The notes under the pieces were generated by a model that ran no database searches, was not told where the DNA came from, and saw nothing but the letters and a program-made list of their open reading frames with translations. Position numbers and translations under genes: made by a program. Positions 20,477 through 30,394 of a DNA stretch of 64,000 nucleotides are shown here, in pieces (within the stretch, counting starts at the first letter, position 1; every line of letters begins with the position of its first letter). Origin of the DNA: a bacterium (GTDB taxonomy: Bacteria; Electryoneota; Electryoneia; Electryoneales; Electryoneaceae); the NCBI GenBank assembly GCA_963669175.1, contig OY769902.1, positions 3,712,001 to 3,776,000 on the forward strand, read 5' to 3'.

Positions 20477-22486
20477 CTACTGAATGAAAACGATTTTACG
20501 CAGATCATGCATTTGACCGGGAATTTCGGCAGAAATGAAATATATCCCACTGGCATGTCCGGATGCGTCGAAAGAGAATTGCGTATACCCGGCATCCTGG
20601 TATCCATCGCAAAGTTGGGCAATTTCTTTCCCCAGAATATTAAAAACACTGATTCGCAAGTTGGCTGATTCCGGTAAACCTACGGTGACTATTACTGAAG
20701 AATTGAAAGGGTTTGGATAGAGCGAAGAAATGGCGAATTCATCAGGTATTCCACCAAGATTGATCTTGGGCGCAATGGACAAATCCCTGTAGAAAAAGGA
20801 CCAGGTTTCATTCGACCATGTACTGTCGCCATTGCTGTCTACGGCGAGGACTTTCCACCAGTAATCGGTACTGTCTACCAGGCCATTATAGTTTGCTGTC
20901 GTATCGGTTCCTGCATCCAGTTCATCCGGTTCACTGAAATTTTCGTCTGTGTCGATAAAGAGCGTGTAGGTAATAATATCCACAGGATTAGGATCGTAAG
21001 CTGTTTCCCAGGTAAGTGAGATATTTGGCTCATTGACCTCTGATTCATCCAGTGGTGCGATAAGACTGAACTCCTCCGGCGGTGCAGGGCTATACGTAGA
21101 AAATGTCCATTCTTCTTCCGAAAACGCACCAATATTTTCCGTTCCGGATGCGTAAACCTTCCACCAGTACTGCGTTTCTGCTTCCAAGCCATCAAAGGTA
21201 CAGAAAGTATCTGTCCCAACTTCGATAATGTTCGGATCAGTGAAATCTTCGTCTGTAGCGATGTACAAAGAATACTCTATCTCGACGTCAGGTATCAAGC
21301 ACTCCGTAGCTTCCCATCTCATTGTTACTGTTGAAGCATCGAAAACGCTCGCATCAGCTGGTGATAACAGTGAGAACTCACCAACCAGGTCCGGGTTAAG
21401 TTCGTTTTCGTGGAAGTATAATGAGGTGCGACTGAAACTCACACTCACAATGTCTTCATCGAAATCACCATCCAGGTCTACAGTACACATCCCATGTGGA
21501 TAGCTGTCATCAACTTCTGTTCGCGTAAACGACTCATTCCCATCATTCTCGAAACAATAGATGTAATGTGTTGATACTGAGCCGCTTATTACATCAATGT
21601 CACCGTCCTGATCAAAATCCGCGGCTCCCATATCATAATTATCCCTGCTGCCTACCAGGTAGTGTACAGTCCAGTTTATCGGGTCACCACCACCATTCTC
21701 AAACCATTCTGCGCTTGGGTGGCCGGTTTCACCTGCGGCCAGGATATCCATATCGCCATCGCTGTCAACATCGCCAAGTTTCAGCATTTTAGGGCCATTA
21801 TAGTTATCAGAAACATATCTTTGCGTCCAATCTCCATTACCTTCGTTTTCCCACCAGCAGATAATGTCTTCCGTCGGGGAGCCGCCAACAACATCGCCAT
21901 CACCGTCGCCATCGAAATCCACAGCGCAAAGGGTGCGAATCCTGTCAACTTCGGAATCTATAATATGCTCTGTCCATCCATCCTCTTCCGGAGTTCCATC
22001 ATTCTCCCACCACAGAACATCATTTTCACCGCCGGAGACAATATCAATGTCGCCATCACCATCAATATCTGCAGGATAGCAACAGAGGAGCGTATCCATA
22101 TCTGATGCGACTGTATACCTGGTAAACTCAGCATCGCCATTATTACAGAACCAATAAACTTCATCATGATCAATACTCTCGGTTACAATATCCATATCGC
22201 CATCGCCGTCAAGGTCAACGATATTGACACTCCGGGGCGAGAACAGCGAATCGATTTCAACCGGTGCAAATTCCTGATTGCCATCATTTTCCCACCAGCG
22301 GAGCATATTGTTGTTGCCCTCAATCGGGACAATATCCACATCGCCATCGCCATCAAGATCTGCGGCAGCAACTTGACGGGGGTTATTAAGATTGCTTGCA
22401 ATAGTATTCGTTGTAAACTCAATTTCTGCGTAAACAGTAGAAATGCAAATTGCTGAAAACAAAACTACTACAAATTTCGATTTCAT
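20477..22486 (-). CDS. FG-GAP/VCBS repeat secreted protein with FN3-like domains and T9SS-type CTD
   Basis: Seven DxDGDGDxD repeats; YPNPFN CTD. Confidence 0.88.
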   Translation of the reverse strand: MKSKFVVVLFSAICISTVYAEIEFTTNTIASNLNNPRQVAAADLDGDGDVDIVPIEGNNNMLRWWENDGNQEFAPVEIDSLFSPRSVNIVDLDGDGDMDIVTESIDHDEVYWFCNNGDAEFTRYTVASDMDTLLCCYPADIDGDGDIDIVSGGENDVLWWENDGTPEEDGWTEHIIDSEVDRIRTLCAVDFDGDGDGDVVGGSPTEDIICWWENEGNGDWTQRYVSDNYNGPKMLKLGDVDSDGDMDILAAGETGHPSAEWFENGGGDPINWTVHYLVGSRDNYDMGAADFDQDGDIDVISGSVSTHYIYCFENDGNESFTRTEVDDSYPHGMCTVDLDGDFDEDIVSVSFSRTSLYFHENELNPDLVGEFSLLSPADASVFDASTVTMRWEATECLIPDVEIEYSLYIATDEDFTDPNIIEVGTDTFCTFDGLEAETQYWWKVYASGTENIGAFSEEEWTFSTYSPAPPEEFSLIAPLDESEVNEPNISLTWETAYDPNPVDIITYTLFIDTDENFSEPDELDAGTDTTANYNGLVDSTDYWWKVLAVDSNGDSTWSNETWSFFYRDLSIAPKINLGGIPDEFAISSLYPNPFNSSVIVTVGLPESANLRISVFNILGKEIAQLCDGYQDAGYTQFSFDASGHASGIYFISAEIPGQMHDLRKIVFIQ

Positions 22487-23064
22487 GTTTCCCTCGCGTT
22501 TGTAAACAACGTGTAATCACAGGATAATAGCAAATGAACTCAAAAAATACTACAACGTATTTATCTATTATTTCCAAGTTTATGATAGTAAGAATGACTT
22601 CTCTATAGAATCAAGTATAAAAATTCAAAAGTAAAAAATGACTCAAAGTAAATAGCACCCTATAGCCGTCCCCGAAAGTCTTTCCGTTTCAGGTTGGCGG
22701 CAGATTCATTCTGGCACTGAACATCTTTCTTGTTTAGGGTCCGATTCTCCCCGGTTGCACTCTTTGATTGCACTCTTTCGAATCAGCAAAAAACTTTCGG
22801 GCACAACTATTTGAGAACAGGAATTTATAGTGAATTGAATTGTCAAAACAGGAAGACAGCGCTAATTTGCGTCTGACTAGCTTTTTACAGGCAAGCAGAC
22901 AGTCCAGTCAGAGAGCTGTTCTTTCTTTTACCTGAATCGTCTAAAACCGTGACTCACCTCTTGTCCTGTAACGTGCAGAATCCTATCTTTTACCGATACT
23001 TGAAGAGTGTTATTTTTATGGCGGTAAACCTTCATCGAACGCACCAAGTCGCGAGGAGATAGAC

Positions 23065-23406
23065 ATGAAAATCAAGTCGAAGCTCTACGAAAGTGTCGTA
23101 GTCATCGAGTTGAAGGGTAAAATCATGGGTGGTCCGGAAGCGAAAGAATTCCGTGACGAACTCCAGAAGTATCTTGACCAGGGGATCAAGAAGATCGTTA
23201 TCGACCTGGGCAAAGTGGACTGGATGAACTCATCCGGCCTTGGCATCCTGATCGGCGGTCTTACTACAGTCCGTAACAACCTGGGCGATATGAAACTCGC
23301 GCGAGTTACCGACAAGATCAAATCGCTACTCATGATCACCAAGCTGGTCCAGGTGTTTGATTCACATGATACCGTTGAAGGCGCGATAGCCTCCTTTAAC
23401 ATTTAG
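23065..23406 (+). CDS. STAS-domain anti-sigma factor antagonist (RsbV/SpoIIAA-like)
   Basis: IDLGKVDWMNSSGLG phospho-Ser motif. Confidence 0.92.
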   Translation: MKIKSKLYESVVVIELKGKIMGGPEAKEFRDELQKYLDQGIKKIVIDLGKVDWMNSSGLGILIGGLTTVRNNLGDMKLARVTDKIKSLLMITKLVQVFDSHDTVEGAIASFNI

Positions 23407-23454
23407 GCTGACTAGGGGAAGACGGCCGGCGATCATCCCCTGCCGTAACAGCTT

Positions 23455-24846
23455 GTGAACACAGATTATCTACATCATCTGGAGCTGGTTCTCGGTTCCT
23501 TGCATGACCTGTTGGACCGGATTCAATCCGGTGACAGCGAGGATGCTCCGCTTTCCGCTCTTCCCCAAACCACCGAATGCAGTAACATTCACAGCCAGTT
23601 GGCACAAATCCTGCACCACTTGCAAAGTGAGCAGGAACTGCTCTTGTTAAGCGATATCGCGGATTTGCTGGCTCGAGCTGTCAGCACGCGTCAGGTTCTG
23701 GAAGCAATCGTGGACGGGCTGAAAAAGATCACCCCTTACGATGCTGCCGGGATTTTCCTGCTCGACGAATACGGTTCTATCGAAGCGGAAGTATTACGTG
23801 GTTATGCCCCGGACCGCCATGATCTGGTTCATGTAAAGGTCAACGAGGGCATCATCGGCTGGGTCGTTGCCAATGCCACGGCGGCTATCGTGCCTGATGT
23901 GGAAAAAGATGAGCGTTATGTTGATGCTCGTCGTCGCACCAGCAGCGAGATGGCAGTGCCGATCATCAGCGGCGGAGATGTTGTCGGCTGCATGAACCTT
24001 GAATCGGACAACAGCGGGCAGTATTCCGAAGCTGATTTACCGCTCCTTGAAGATATGGCAGCACAGGCGGCAGTTGCGATTGATCGTGCAAAGACTTACC
24101 ACGCTCTGCTTGAATCACGCGAACGTGAGCATGAGCTTGAGATCGCACGGAGAATTCAGCAGACACTTTTGCCGCAGACGCCTCCGGAATTCCAGACTTT
24201 TGACATTTTTGGCCATAATGTGTCGTCAAAAGCGGTAGGTGGTGATTATTTTGACTTTATCCGTATCACCCCCGATGATCTTGGCATCGTCATCGCGGAT
24301 GTTTCGGGTAAAGGTGTTCCGGCGGGATTAATCATGTCGGGGCTGCGTGGCGCTTTACGATCCAAGATCGAGACGACGTATTCCATAGATGCCATTATTC
24401 AGCAGATTAATCGTTTTCTCTATGAATCGACAGGGCCGGAATCGTTTGTCACCGCGTTTTATGGTGTGCTTAACCGGAAATCCGGCATCTTCACGTATGT
24501 CAACGCAGGCCACAATCCACCGCCCTGTATTCGCAGTGATGGCAGTACGGAGTGGCTTTCCATCGGAGGCCCGTTACTGGGGGTACTTCCGAAAGGGAAC
24601 TTTGAAACTGGACTGGTAAAACTTGAGCCTGGTGATATCATCGCCATGTATACGGATGGCATTGAGGAAGCAGGTGTGCAGAATGGTGAGGAATTCGGTG
24701 CGGAACGAGTCGTGACCTATCTTAAAGATCACGCTTCTGAATCCGCGAAAGCGCTGGCGCTTGGTATAGAACAAGCATCAAAGCAGTGGATAAACAACCG
24801 CGGCGGCGCCGATGATCGAACCGTAGTGGTGGTGAAACGCACATGA
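23455..24846 (+). CDS. GAF + PP2C/SpoIIE phosphatase (RsbU-like)
   Basis: GAF domain; VGGDYFD, ADVSGKG, NAGH, YTDG, DDRT. Confidence 0.92.
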   Translation: MNTDYLHHLELVLGSLHDLLDRIQSGDSEDAPLSALPQTTECSNIHSQLAQILHHLQSEQELLLLSDIADLLARAVSTRQVLEAIVDGLKKITPYDAAGIFLLDEYGSIEAEVLRGYAPDRHDLVHVKVNEGIIGWVVANATAAIVPDVEKDERYVDARRRTSSEMAVPIISGGDVVGCMNLESDNSGQYSEADLPLLEDMAAQAAVAIDRAKTYHALLESREREHELEIARRIQQTLLPQTPPEFQTFDIFGHNVSSKAVGGDYFDFIRITPDDLGIVIADVSGKGVPAGLIMSGLRGALRSKIETTYSIDAIIQQINRFLYESTGPESFVTAFYGVLNRKSGIFTYVNAGHNPPPCIRSDGSTEWLSIGGPLLGVLPKGNFETGLVKLEPGDIIAMYTDGIEEAGVQNGEEFGAERVVTYLKDHASESAKALALGIEQASKQWINNRGGADDRTVVVVKRT

Positions 24847-25253
24847 ATGCTATTGATGAGAAACTGGTAATTCCATCGAACCAGAAACTTCTGACCGAAG
24901 TGGATGAGATGGTCGAAGGAATCGTGAAACGGCTGCCCTTCAGCGAGGATGCCCGTGACGATATCGCTATCGCCATTTCTGAAGGAGTCAATAACGCCAT
25001 CATCCACGGCAACAAGTTCGACCAGCAGAAAACCGTTACTGTTCTTTTCCACGCCAACGACAATTCCCTCACCATCACCATCATTGACCAGGGCGATGGC
25101 TTCAAAGAAGAAGACGTTCCCGACCCGACCAACCCGGAAAACATGCTTGCCCTGAGCGGACGCGGGCTCTTTATCATCCGCCACCTCATGGATAAAGTGG
25201 ATGTATCTTCCGATTCCACCGGCACGACGATAACGATGATGAAGAATTTCTAG
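24843..25253 (+). CDS. Anti-sigma factor / Ser kinase (RsbW-like)
   Basis: E..NNAIIHGN, DQGDGF, GRGLFII. Confidence 0.92.
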   Translation: MNAIDEKLVIPSNQKLLTEVDEMVEGIVKRLPFSEDARDDIAIAISEGVNNAIIHGNKFDQQKTVTVLFHANDNSLTITIIDQGDGFKEEDVPDPTNPENMLALSGRGLFIIRHLMDKVDVSSDSTGTTITMMKNF

Positions 25254-25540
25254 GTTACGCGATACAACTTCATTTGTATTCTGTATTCTTGTGAAACCTC
25301 CGCTTTCTACCAGGCGTCTTCTTTTCGATCCAACCGTTGACAGTTCTTGTATCAGTTCTTACCCGATTCGCTCAAGACACATCATATTTCGCAGTATCCT
25401 CAGATTATTCTGGATTCAACTTTGATGGCAACATTATCACTTGCGGATCGGACCACCCGTCCAAATCTTTTCCATTTACGTAGTGTCAAGTGTCTTCCCT
25501 TCACCTAATACCAAACCTCTTCCATCTACTATTGTTTTCA

Positions 25541-26150
25541 TTAGCAGGCTTTAGCCTGCTCTTTTTAGCACCCGGCTTCAGTCGGGGTGTCGAGAGGCGA
25601 CTACAATTGCGAGCATCCTTCAGGGTGCTTTCCGGTGCAAATGCCTGATAGCTGGAAAGTACGCTAAAGCGCACTCATATTAATCGTTTGGTTCTTTCAC
25701 CCTGGCTAAAGCCCTGTCTCTTACCCACATCCTCTGAAAGCTGTATCAGTAAAAGAGTTGTGGACATAGCATTTTTAGAATCCCGGCGGAATTCCCTATT
25801 TTAGCATAGTGTACAGACCGTCTGTTTGGCCTGTATACTATGTCAGGATTTCTAACGAACAATCAACCTTGGAAGGGTTGCATAATGAGCAGTCAATATT
25901 AGTTTATTCAATTATTACAGGTAATAACGTAATTTATATCCTTTATAAATCAATTGGGTATCAATTATACTTTATGCAACCCTTTCAGGGTTGATATGAG
26001 GTTTGATCTTTTTCGTAGGGTAGGCGCTAAACAGACAGCGCCTACCCTACGCTAAAATATCCCACCCCCACGGGGTGGCAGAAACACGAAGATGTGAGTA
26101 AGAGACAGGGCTAAAGCCAGGTGCTAAGAAGAGCCTGCTGAAGCAGGCTT
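25541..26150. repeat. REP/REPIN-like composite palindromic repeat, copy 1, interrupted by a MITE
   Basis: AGCAGGCTTTAGCCTGCT and CCCGGCTTCAGTCGGG hairpins; reverse complement of the repeat at 34783-35383. Confidence 0.8.
25714..26108. mobile_element. MITE copy 1 with IS50/Tn5-like 19-bp TIRs and 10-bp TSD
   Basis: CTGTCTCTTACCCACATCC ... AGATGTGAGTAAGAGACAG; GGCTAAAGCC on both flanks (25704-25713, 26109-26118). Confidence 0.88.
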
Positions 26151-26473
26151 AGGAAAACTATTTCGTAGTGTATCATGATGTACACAGACAATTCTCTCGA
26201 GATATCCCTGTTGTGCAATTGTTCGACCTTATACGGCTTTCGTGATAATTCCGGATATCATCTCCCCATATCCTGATTACGTCTTTTTTCCCCTCTCCCC
26301 CCTCCGTATATTCGCCCCATATTTACTATTGGTTGCTCTGTGGGGTGTTTGCCCCTGTTTGCTCGTCAAACAGGGTCTATAGTAATTGCAGTAGACAGGG
26401 TTTCCTGAGTAAAAACCGCGTGGCCCGGGTGCTGGCACCCGGGTGAGCACGTAAACATAACTGCGGAAAGCTG

Positions 26474-26971
26474 ATGAGTGACCGCATTGCCGTCTATCCG
26501 GGCACATTCGACCCGATTACCAACGGGCACCTGGACATTATCGAACGTGCCACCGATTTGTTTGACAAGGTGATCGTCTGCCTGGCGAAGAACCCTTCCA
26601 AGGAACCGTTGTTCTCGCTGGAAGACCGTCGCGCCATGCTACAGGAAGCGACTGCGCATTTTAACGGCCGCGTGCAGATCGATATCCTTGAGGGGCTCAC
26701 GGTGGACGGCGCACGTAAATACGACGCTGTCGCGATCATTCGCGGCATCCGTGCCATTTCAGACTTCGAGTATGAATTCCAGATGGCCTTGATGAACCGT
26801 CATCTCGAACCGGATTTGCATACGGTGTACCTCATGCCGAAAGAGGAATACACCTACCTGAACAGCACCATTATCAAAGGTGTAGCACGACATGGCGGGA
26901 ATATCCGCCGGTTTGTTCCACCTGGAGTAGAACAGCGGTTGCTGGAACGTTTCGGCCACCGCAAACCATAG
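26474..26971 (+). CDS. coaD: Pantetheine-phosphate adenylyltransferase
   Basis: YPGTFDPITNGHLDII, RGIRAISDFEYEFQMA. Confidence 0.97.
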   Translation: MSDRIAVYPGTFDPITNGHLDIIERATDLFDKVIVCLAKNPSKEPLFSLEDRRAMLQEATAHFNGRVQIDILEGLTVDGARKYDAVAIIRGIRAISDFEYEFQMALMNRHLEPDLHTVYLMPKEEYTYLNSTIIKGVARHGGNIRRFVPPGVEQRLLERFGHRKP

Positions 26972-26982
26972 GGGATTTTCAC

Positions 26983-27975
26983 GTGGACCCGATCGTACGC
27001 ATTCTTGAAGAAGCAAAGAAAAATCCGCAGCGGATCGTATTGCCGGAAGGCAACGACGCCCGTACCTGGACCGCCGCACGCCGCCTGGTCGATGAAGGCC
27101 TGGCAATTCCGGTCGTGCTCGGCACTCCGGACGAGTGCGCAGCCGGCCAGAAGGAAGCCGGAGTGACCAACCTGGACGGTATCGTAGTCATCGATCCGGC
27201 CACCTCGGACAAGTATGAAGAGTATGCTGCCAAGTTCGCCGAACTGCGCGCCAAGAAGGGCATGACGCTAGAGCAGGCTCGTGAACTGATGAAGGACGTC
27301 CTCTATTACGGCGCCATGATGGTCCGTGAAGGCGACGCCAACGGTGGCGTGACCGGCGCTGCACATGCGACTGGCGATGTGATGCGTGCCGCGTTCCAGT
27401 GCATCGGCATGGCCAAGGGCATGAGCATTGTCAGCTCCATCTTCCTGATGATCATGCCGGAAGCGGACGGTCGTGTATTCTCCTTCGGTGACTGCGCGAT
27501 TGTCCCGCAGCCTGATCCCGATCAGCTCGCGTCCATCGCCATCGCCTCCGCCGGCACCCACAAGGCCCTGACCGGTGTTGAGCCGACAGTCGCCATGCTT
27601 TCCTTCTCCACCAAGGGCAGCGCGAAGCATGATGATCCGGACAAGGTCATCGCCGCGACCAACCTGGTGAAAGAACGTGCGCCGGAACTGCTGGTTGACG
27701 GTGAGTTCCAGCTCGACGCCGCTATCGTGGAAAAAGTCGGCCAGAAAAAAGCACCGGGCAGCCCCGTCGCAGGCAAGGCAAACGTCCTGGTCTTCCCGGA
27801 CCTCGACGCCGGGAACATCGGCTACAAGCTGACCCAACGCCTCGCCAACGCCCAGGCTATCGGCCCAATCGTCCAAGGACTCGCCAAGCCGTTCTACGAC
27901 CTGTCCCGTGGCTGTTCCAGCGACGATATCGTGAAGGTCAGCGCGATCTGTGCGGTGGTTGCACAGCAGGGGTAG
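26983..27975 (+). CDS. pta: Phosphate acetyltransferase
   Basis: RIVLPEG, MLSFSTKGS, DGEFQLDAA, FPDLDAGNIGYK, DLSRGC. Confidence 0.95.
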   Translation: MDPIVRILEEAKKNPQRIVLPEGNDARTWTAARRLVDEGLAIPVVLGTPDECAAGQKEAGVTNLDGIVVIDPATSDKYEEYAAKFAELRAKKGMTLEQARELMKDVLYYGAMMVREGDANGGVTGAAHATGDVMRAAFQCIGMAKGMSIVSSIFLMIMPEADGRVFSFGDCAIVPQPDPDQLASIAIASAGTHKALTGVEPTVAMLSFSTKGSAKHDDPDKVIAATNLVKERAPELLVDGEFQLDAAIVEKVGQKKAPGSPVAGKANVLVFPDLDAGNIGYKLTQRLANAQAIGPIVQGLAKPFYDLSRGCSSDDIVKVSAICAVVAQQG

Positions 27976-28023
27976 ATAGACATACAATTAATAGCATCTT
28001 AGAAAACATGCCAATCTACAATG

Positions 28024-28062
28024 TTTGGCCCGATGCAACAAGTCGGGCCAAATATTGTTTTT
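28024..28062. terminator. Rho-independent terminator
   Basis: TTTGGCCCGA...TCGGGCCAAA followed by a T-rich tract. Confidence 0.75.
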
Positions 28063-28108
28063 CTGAAGGGATGTAATATTTCTAAAACTTTTTTTATTAA
28101 CTCAAATA

Positions 28109-28492
28109 CTATTTTAGCAATCCCATTACCTGATCAAGTACAATTTTTTTGCCCATCTCAATAGCTATTCCAATTGAATATCCTTTTATTCTATTTAGAA
28201 TTGTTTCCTTTTTTATGATTGATAAATATTCGTATCCTATTGATGTTATTCTATATTCTGCTGCTACACTTAAATCGTATTCATCATCCCTATATTTTAC
28301 ACCACAATTTTCCACATTTGTTTCGATACAATTAGCATCATATAACAACAATACATGTCCTATAAATTTCTTTATTTCACCTTCTTCGCCAATATCCATT
28401 TGTTCCATCAATTCTCTCATACTCATATGAAAAGATTCATAATTTTCTAATACACATAATATTTTTTTTTGGTATCTATGGTCTAGTATCAC
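28109..28492 (-). CDS. Hypothetical protein (DUF2513/YjcQ-like winged helix)
   Basis: 'RITSIGYEYL' motif; AT-rich. Confidence 0.55.
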   Translation of the reverse strand: MILDHRYQKKILCVLENYESFHMSMRELMEQMDIGEEGEIKKFIGHVLLLYDANCIETNVENCGVKYRDDEYDLSVAAEYRITSIGYEYLSIIKKETILNRIKGYSIGIAIEMGKKIVLDQVMGLLK

Positions 28493-28524
28493 TTCAATAT
28501 CCCCCTACTTTTATATTAATGGAA

Positions 28525-28845
28525 TCATCTAGCATTCCCTTTTCCTTCGTCCTGTTTTACTGAAATAAACGCACTGACAATACAGATTGCTGCAACGGCA
28601 ATATCAATAGGTGCCCAAGTTGCGCGACTAAGACCAACCTTGAAAATAGGATTAAACAGAGTACCAATTACAATAAACGCCCACGCCCATCCGATTTTTT
28701 TAAACACAGTATACACGTAAGCCTGGTATGCACTTACCCCACATACAATCCATCTTAACAACGTATAATAATCATACGGTGGATGCCCGAATACCGCGTA
28801 AACAAGCATCCCAGCGGTGGCAATTAGTATCAGTTTTCGTACCAT
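28525..28845 (-). CDS. Small membrane protein (DUF6804-like)
   Basis: PYDYYTLLRWIVC, LFNPI, W..ID motifs. Confidence 0.7.
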   Translation of the reverse strand: MVRKLILIATAGMLVYAVFGHPPYDYYTLLRWIVCGVSAYQAYVYTVFKKIGWAWAFIVIGTLFNPIFKVGLSRATWAPIDIAVAAICIVSAFISVKQDEGKGNAR

Positions 28846-29116
28846 ATCTATTTCACCTTGTATGTGCTCCATGGCAACAGAAAGCGCATCATTCAGCAAT
28901 TTAGTAGTACTTCTTCTTAAATATTATAATCAGCTTTATCCCTTTAATACACTCATAGCTCTTCGCTAATAGATCATTTTTGTATTCTACAATAGCAATT
29001 ACTATATACTTAATAGTTATCAATAAATTAATAATCTTATTTTTACACGAGATTATATAAGTTATATCATATCAATATCATTTACAACCTGATGATTCTG
29101 TTCAAGCAAAACTATA

Positions 29117-29890
29117 TTACGTATTTTCCTCCAATTCATCAACGAGAAATGTATACCTCCAAGCTAAATGACTACATATTCCTGTTAAATCAGGATATAT
29201 AACCGAATTATTCACACCTAACATATTTAATCCGTAGCGTATATCCCAGTAATTTTCTTTATTAATTAGTATTTTTACCAATTTTTTTGAAAATGCAATA
29301 TGTTTTTCTAATTTTACTATTCTACCACCGGAATTTATCTTATGAACTGTGAATACTCCTGATTGTGCTGATATTCTTTCAGTTATAACTTTCGGCCTTA
29401 TTATTCTTGTAGATATTTTATTGGAAAATGGGTAATCGTCTGATGGGTCATCAATCCAATCTGTTTTTTCTGGCTTCAGTAACCATACAACGCCATATTT
29501 GCCGTTATCAGAATCTTTAGGAGGATCACAAACAGCAAACCATAACGCTACTAACGCACTATATGTCCAATCAAGTAATCGTGTCGGTAATCCATAGTGT
29601 TGTGATAAGGCAAGTCTATCCCATTCATCATGGACATTTGTTGGTGTAAATGGAAGACTTACTCTTTTAAATTCGTTAAACATTAGCTTTTCAATTCTAT
29701 ATAACGGTCCTTTTGGTTCTATTCTTGCTAATTTTGGCCATAGTGGCCAATCAGAACTTTGTCCTCTAAAAATAAAGTCTACATAATTTTCTCTTTCCTC
29801 TTCTGCTATTCGTTCACTTTCACAGTAATCTACATAGTCTGATACTGATTCAATCTCTACAACTTTGTAGCTAGCCATATCTGTCTCCAA
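29117..29890 (-). CDS. FRG domain protein
   Basis: FRGQ, QHYGLPTRLLDWT, ALWFA, RI.AQSGVF. Confidence 0.92.
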   Translation of the reverse strand: METDMASYKVVEIESVSDYVDYCESERIAEEERENYVDFIFRGQSSDWPLWPKLARIEPKGPLYRIEKLMFNEFKRVSLPFTPTNVHDEWDRLALSQHYGLPTRLLDWTYSALVALWFAVCDPPKDSDNGKYGVVWLLKPEKTDWIDDPSDDYPFSNKISTRIIRPKVITERISAQSGVFTVHKINSGGRIVKLEKHIAFSKKLVKILINKENYWDIRYGLNMLGVNNSVIYPDLTGICSHLAWRYTFLVDELEENT

Positions 29891-29944
29891 GAATAGTTGA
29901 ATAGATTGTTATCTAGTATCAGTGTGTTCATAAAAATAGGAATA

Positions 29945-30394
29945 TTAATTGTTTTTAGTTAATAATACTACTCTATATCCGTTTATTTCATCATCTCTTA
30001 TCAAAGTTATTTCACTATATGAATAAATCGCATCATCCGGAACAGTATCAAGTCCCATATCCCCATTCCGCCAAGCATCGGCGCGGATCTTGATCCCGTT
30101 CCAGCCGAACAGGATAAAAGACACGTTGACATCATAAATCACAACATTGGTCAGGTAATCGGCCTCTGATTTCCGCAATGCCTGTTCGACAGCTTCTTCA
30201 AGGTTGATGTTGCCTAAACCAAAAGTCAGGATGGAATAGACATAACTTTTCCCCTTGACGTCCCGTTGCACCAGTTCATTGCCGGAGTTGAAATGGACAT
30301 TGCGTGTGGACATCACGGTAAGATCACCCATCCTGCGCGAACAGCCCGTGAACAAAACGAAGACAACCAGTAGACCGAATAATAAACGTTTCAC
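29945..30394 (-). CDS. Putative lipoprotein
   Basis: GTG start after a GGAGG-rich RBS; lipobox LFTGC. Confidence 0.7.
   Translation of the reverse strand: MKRLLFGLLVVFVLFTGCSRRMGDLTVMSTRNVHFNSGNELVQRDVKGKSYVYSILTFGLGNINLEEAVEQALRKSEADYLTNVVIYDVNVSFILFGWNGIKIRADAWRNGDMGLDTVPDDAIYSYSEITLIRDDEINGYRVVLLTKNN

Noticed and set aside
25714-25732. Nextera/Tn5 adapter contamination
   Set aside because: The ends differ from the adapter at 2-3 positions, occur as inverted pairs with 10-bp TSDs, and enclose homologous interiors at two loci.
26340-26420. TPP riboswitch in the coaD leader
   Set aside because: GGGGTG and CTGAG are present, but the downstream conserved CCTGAT/GCGNAGG core is missing.
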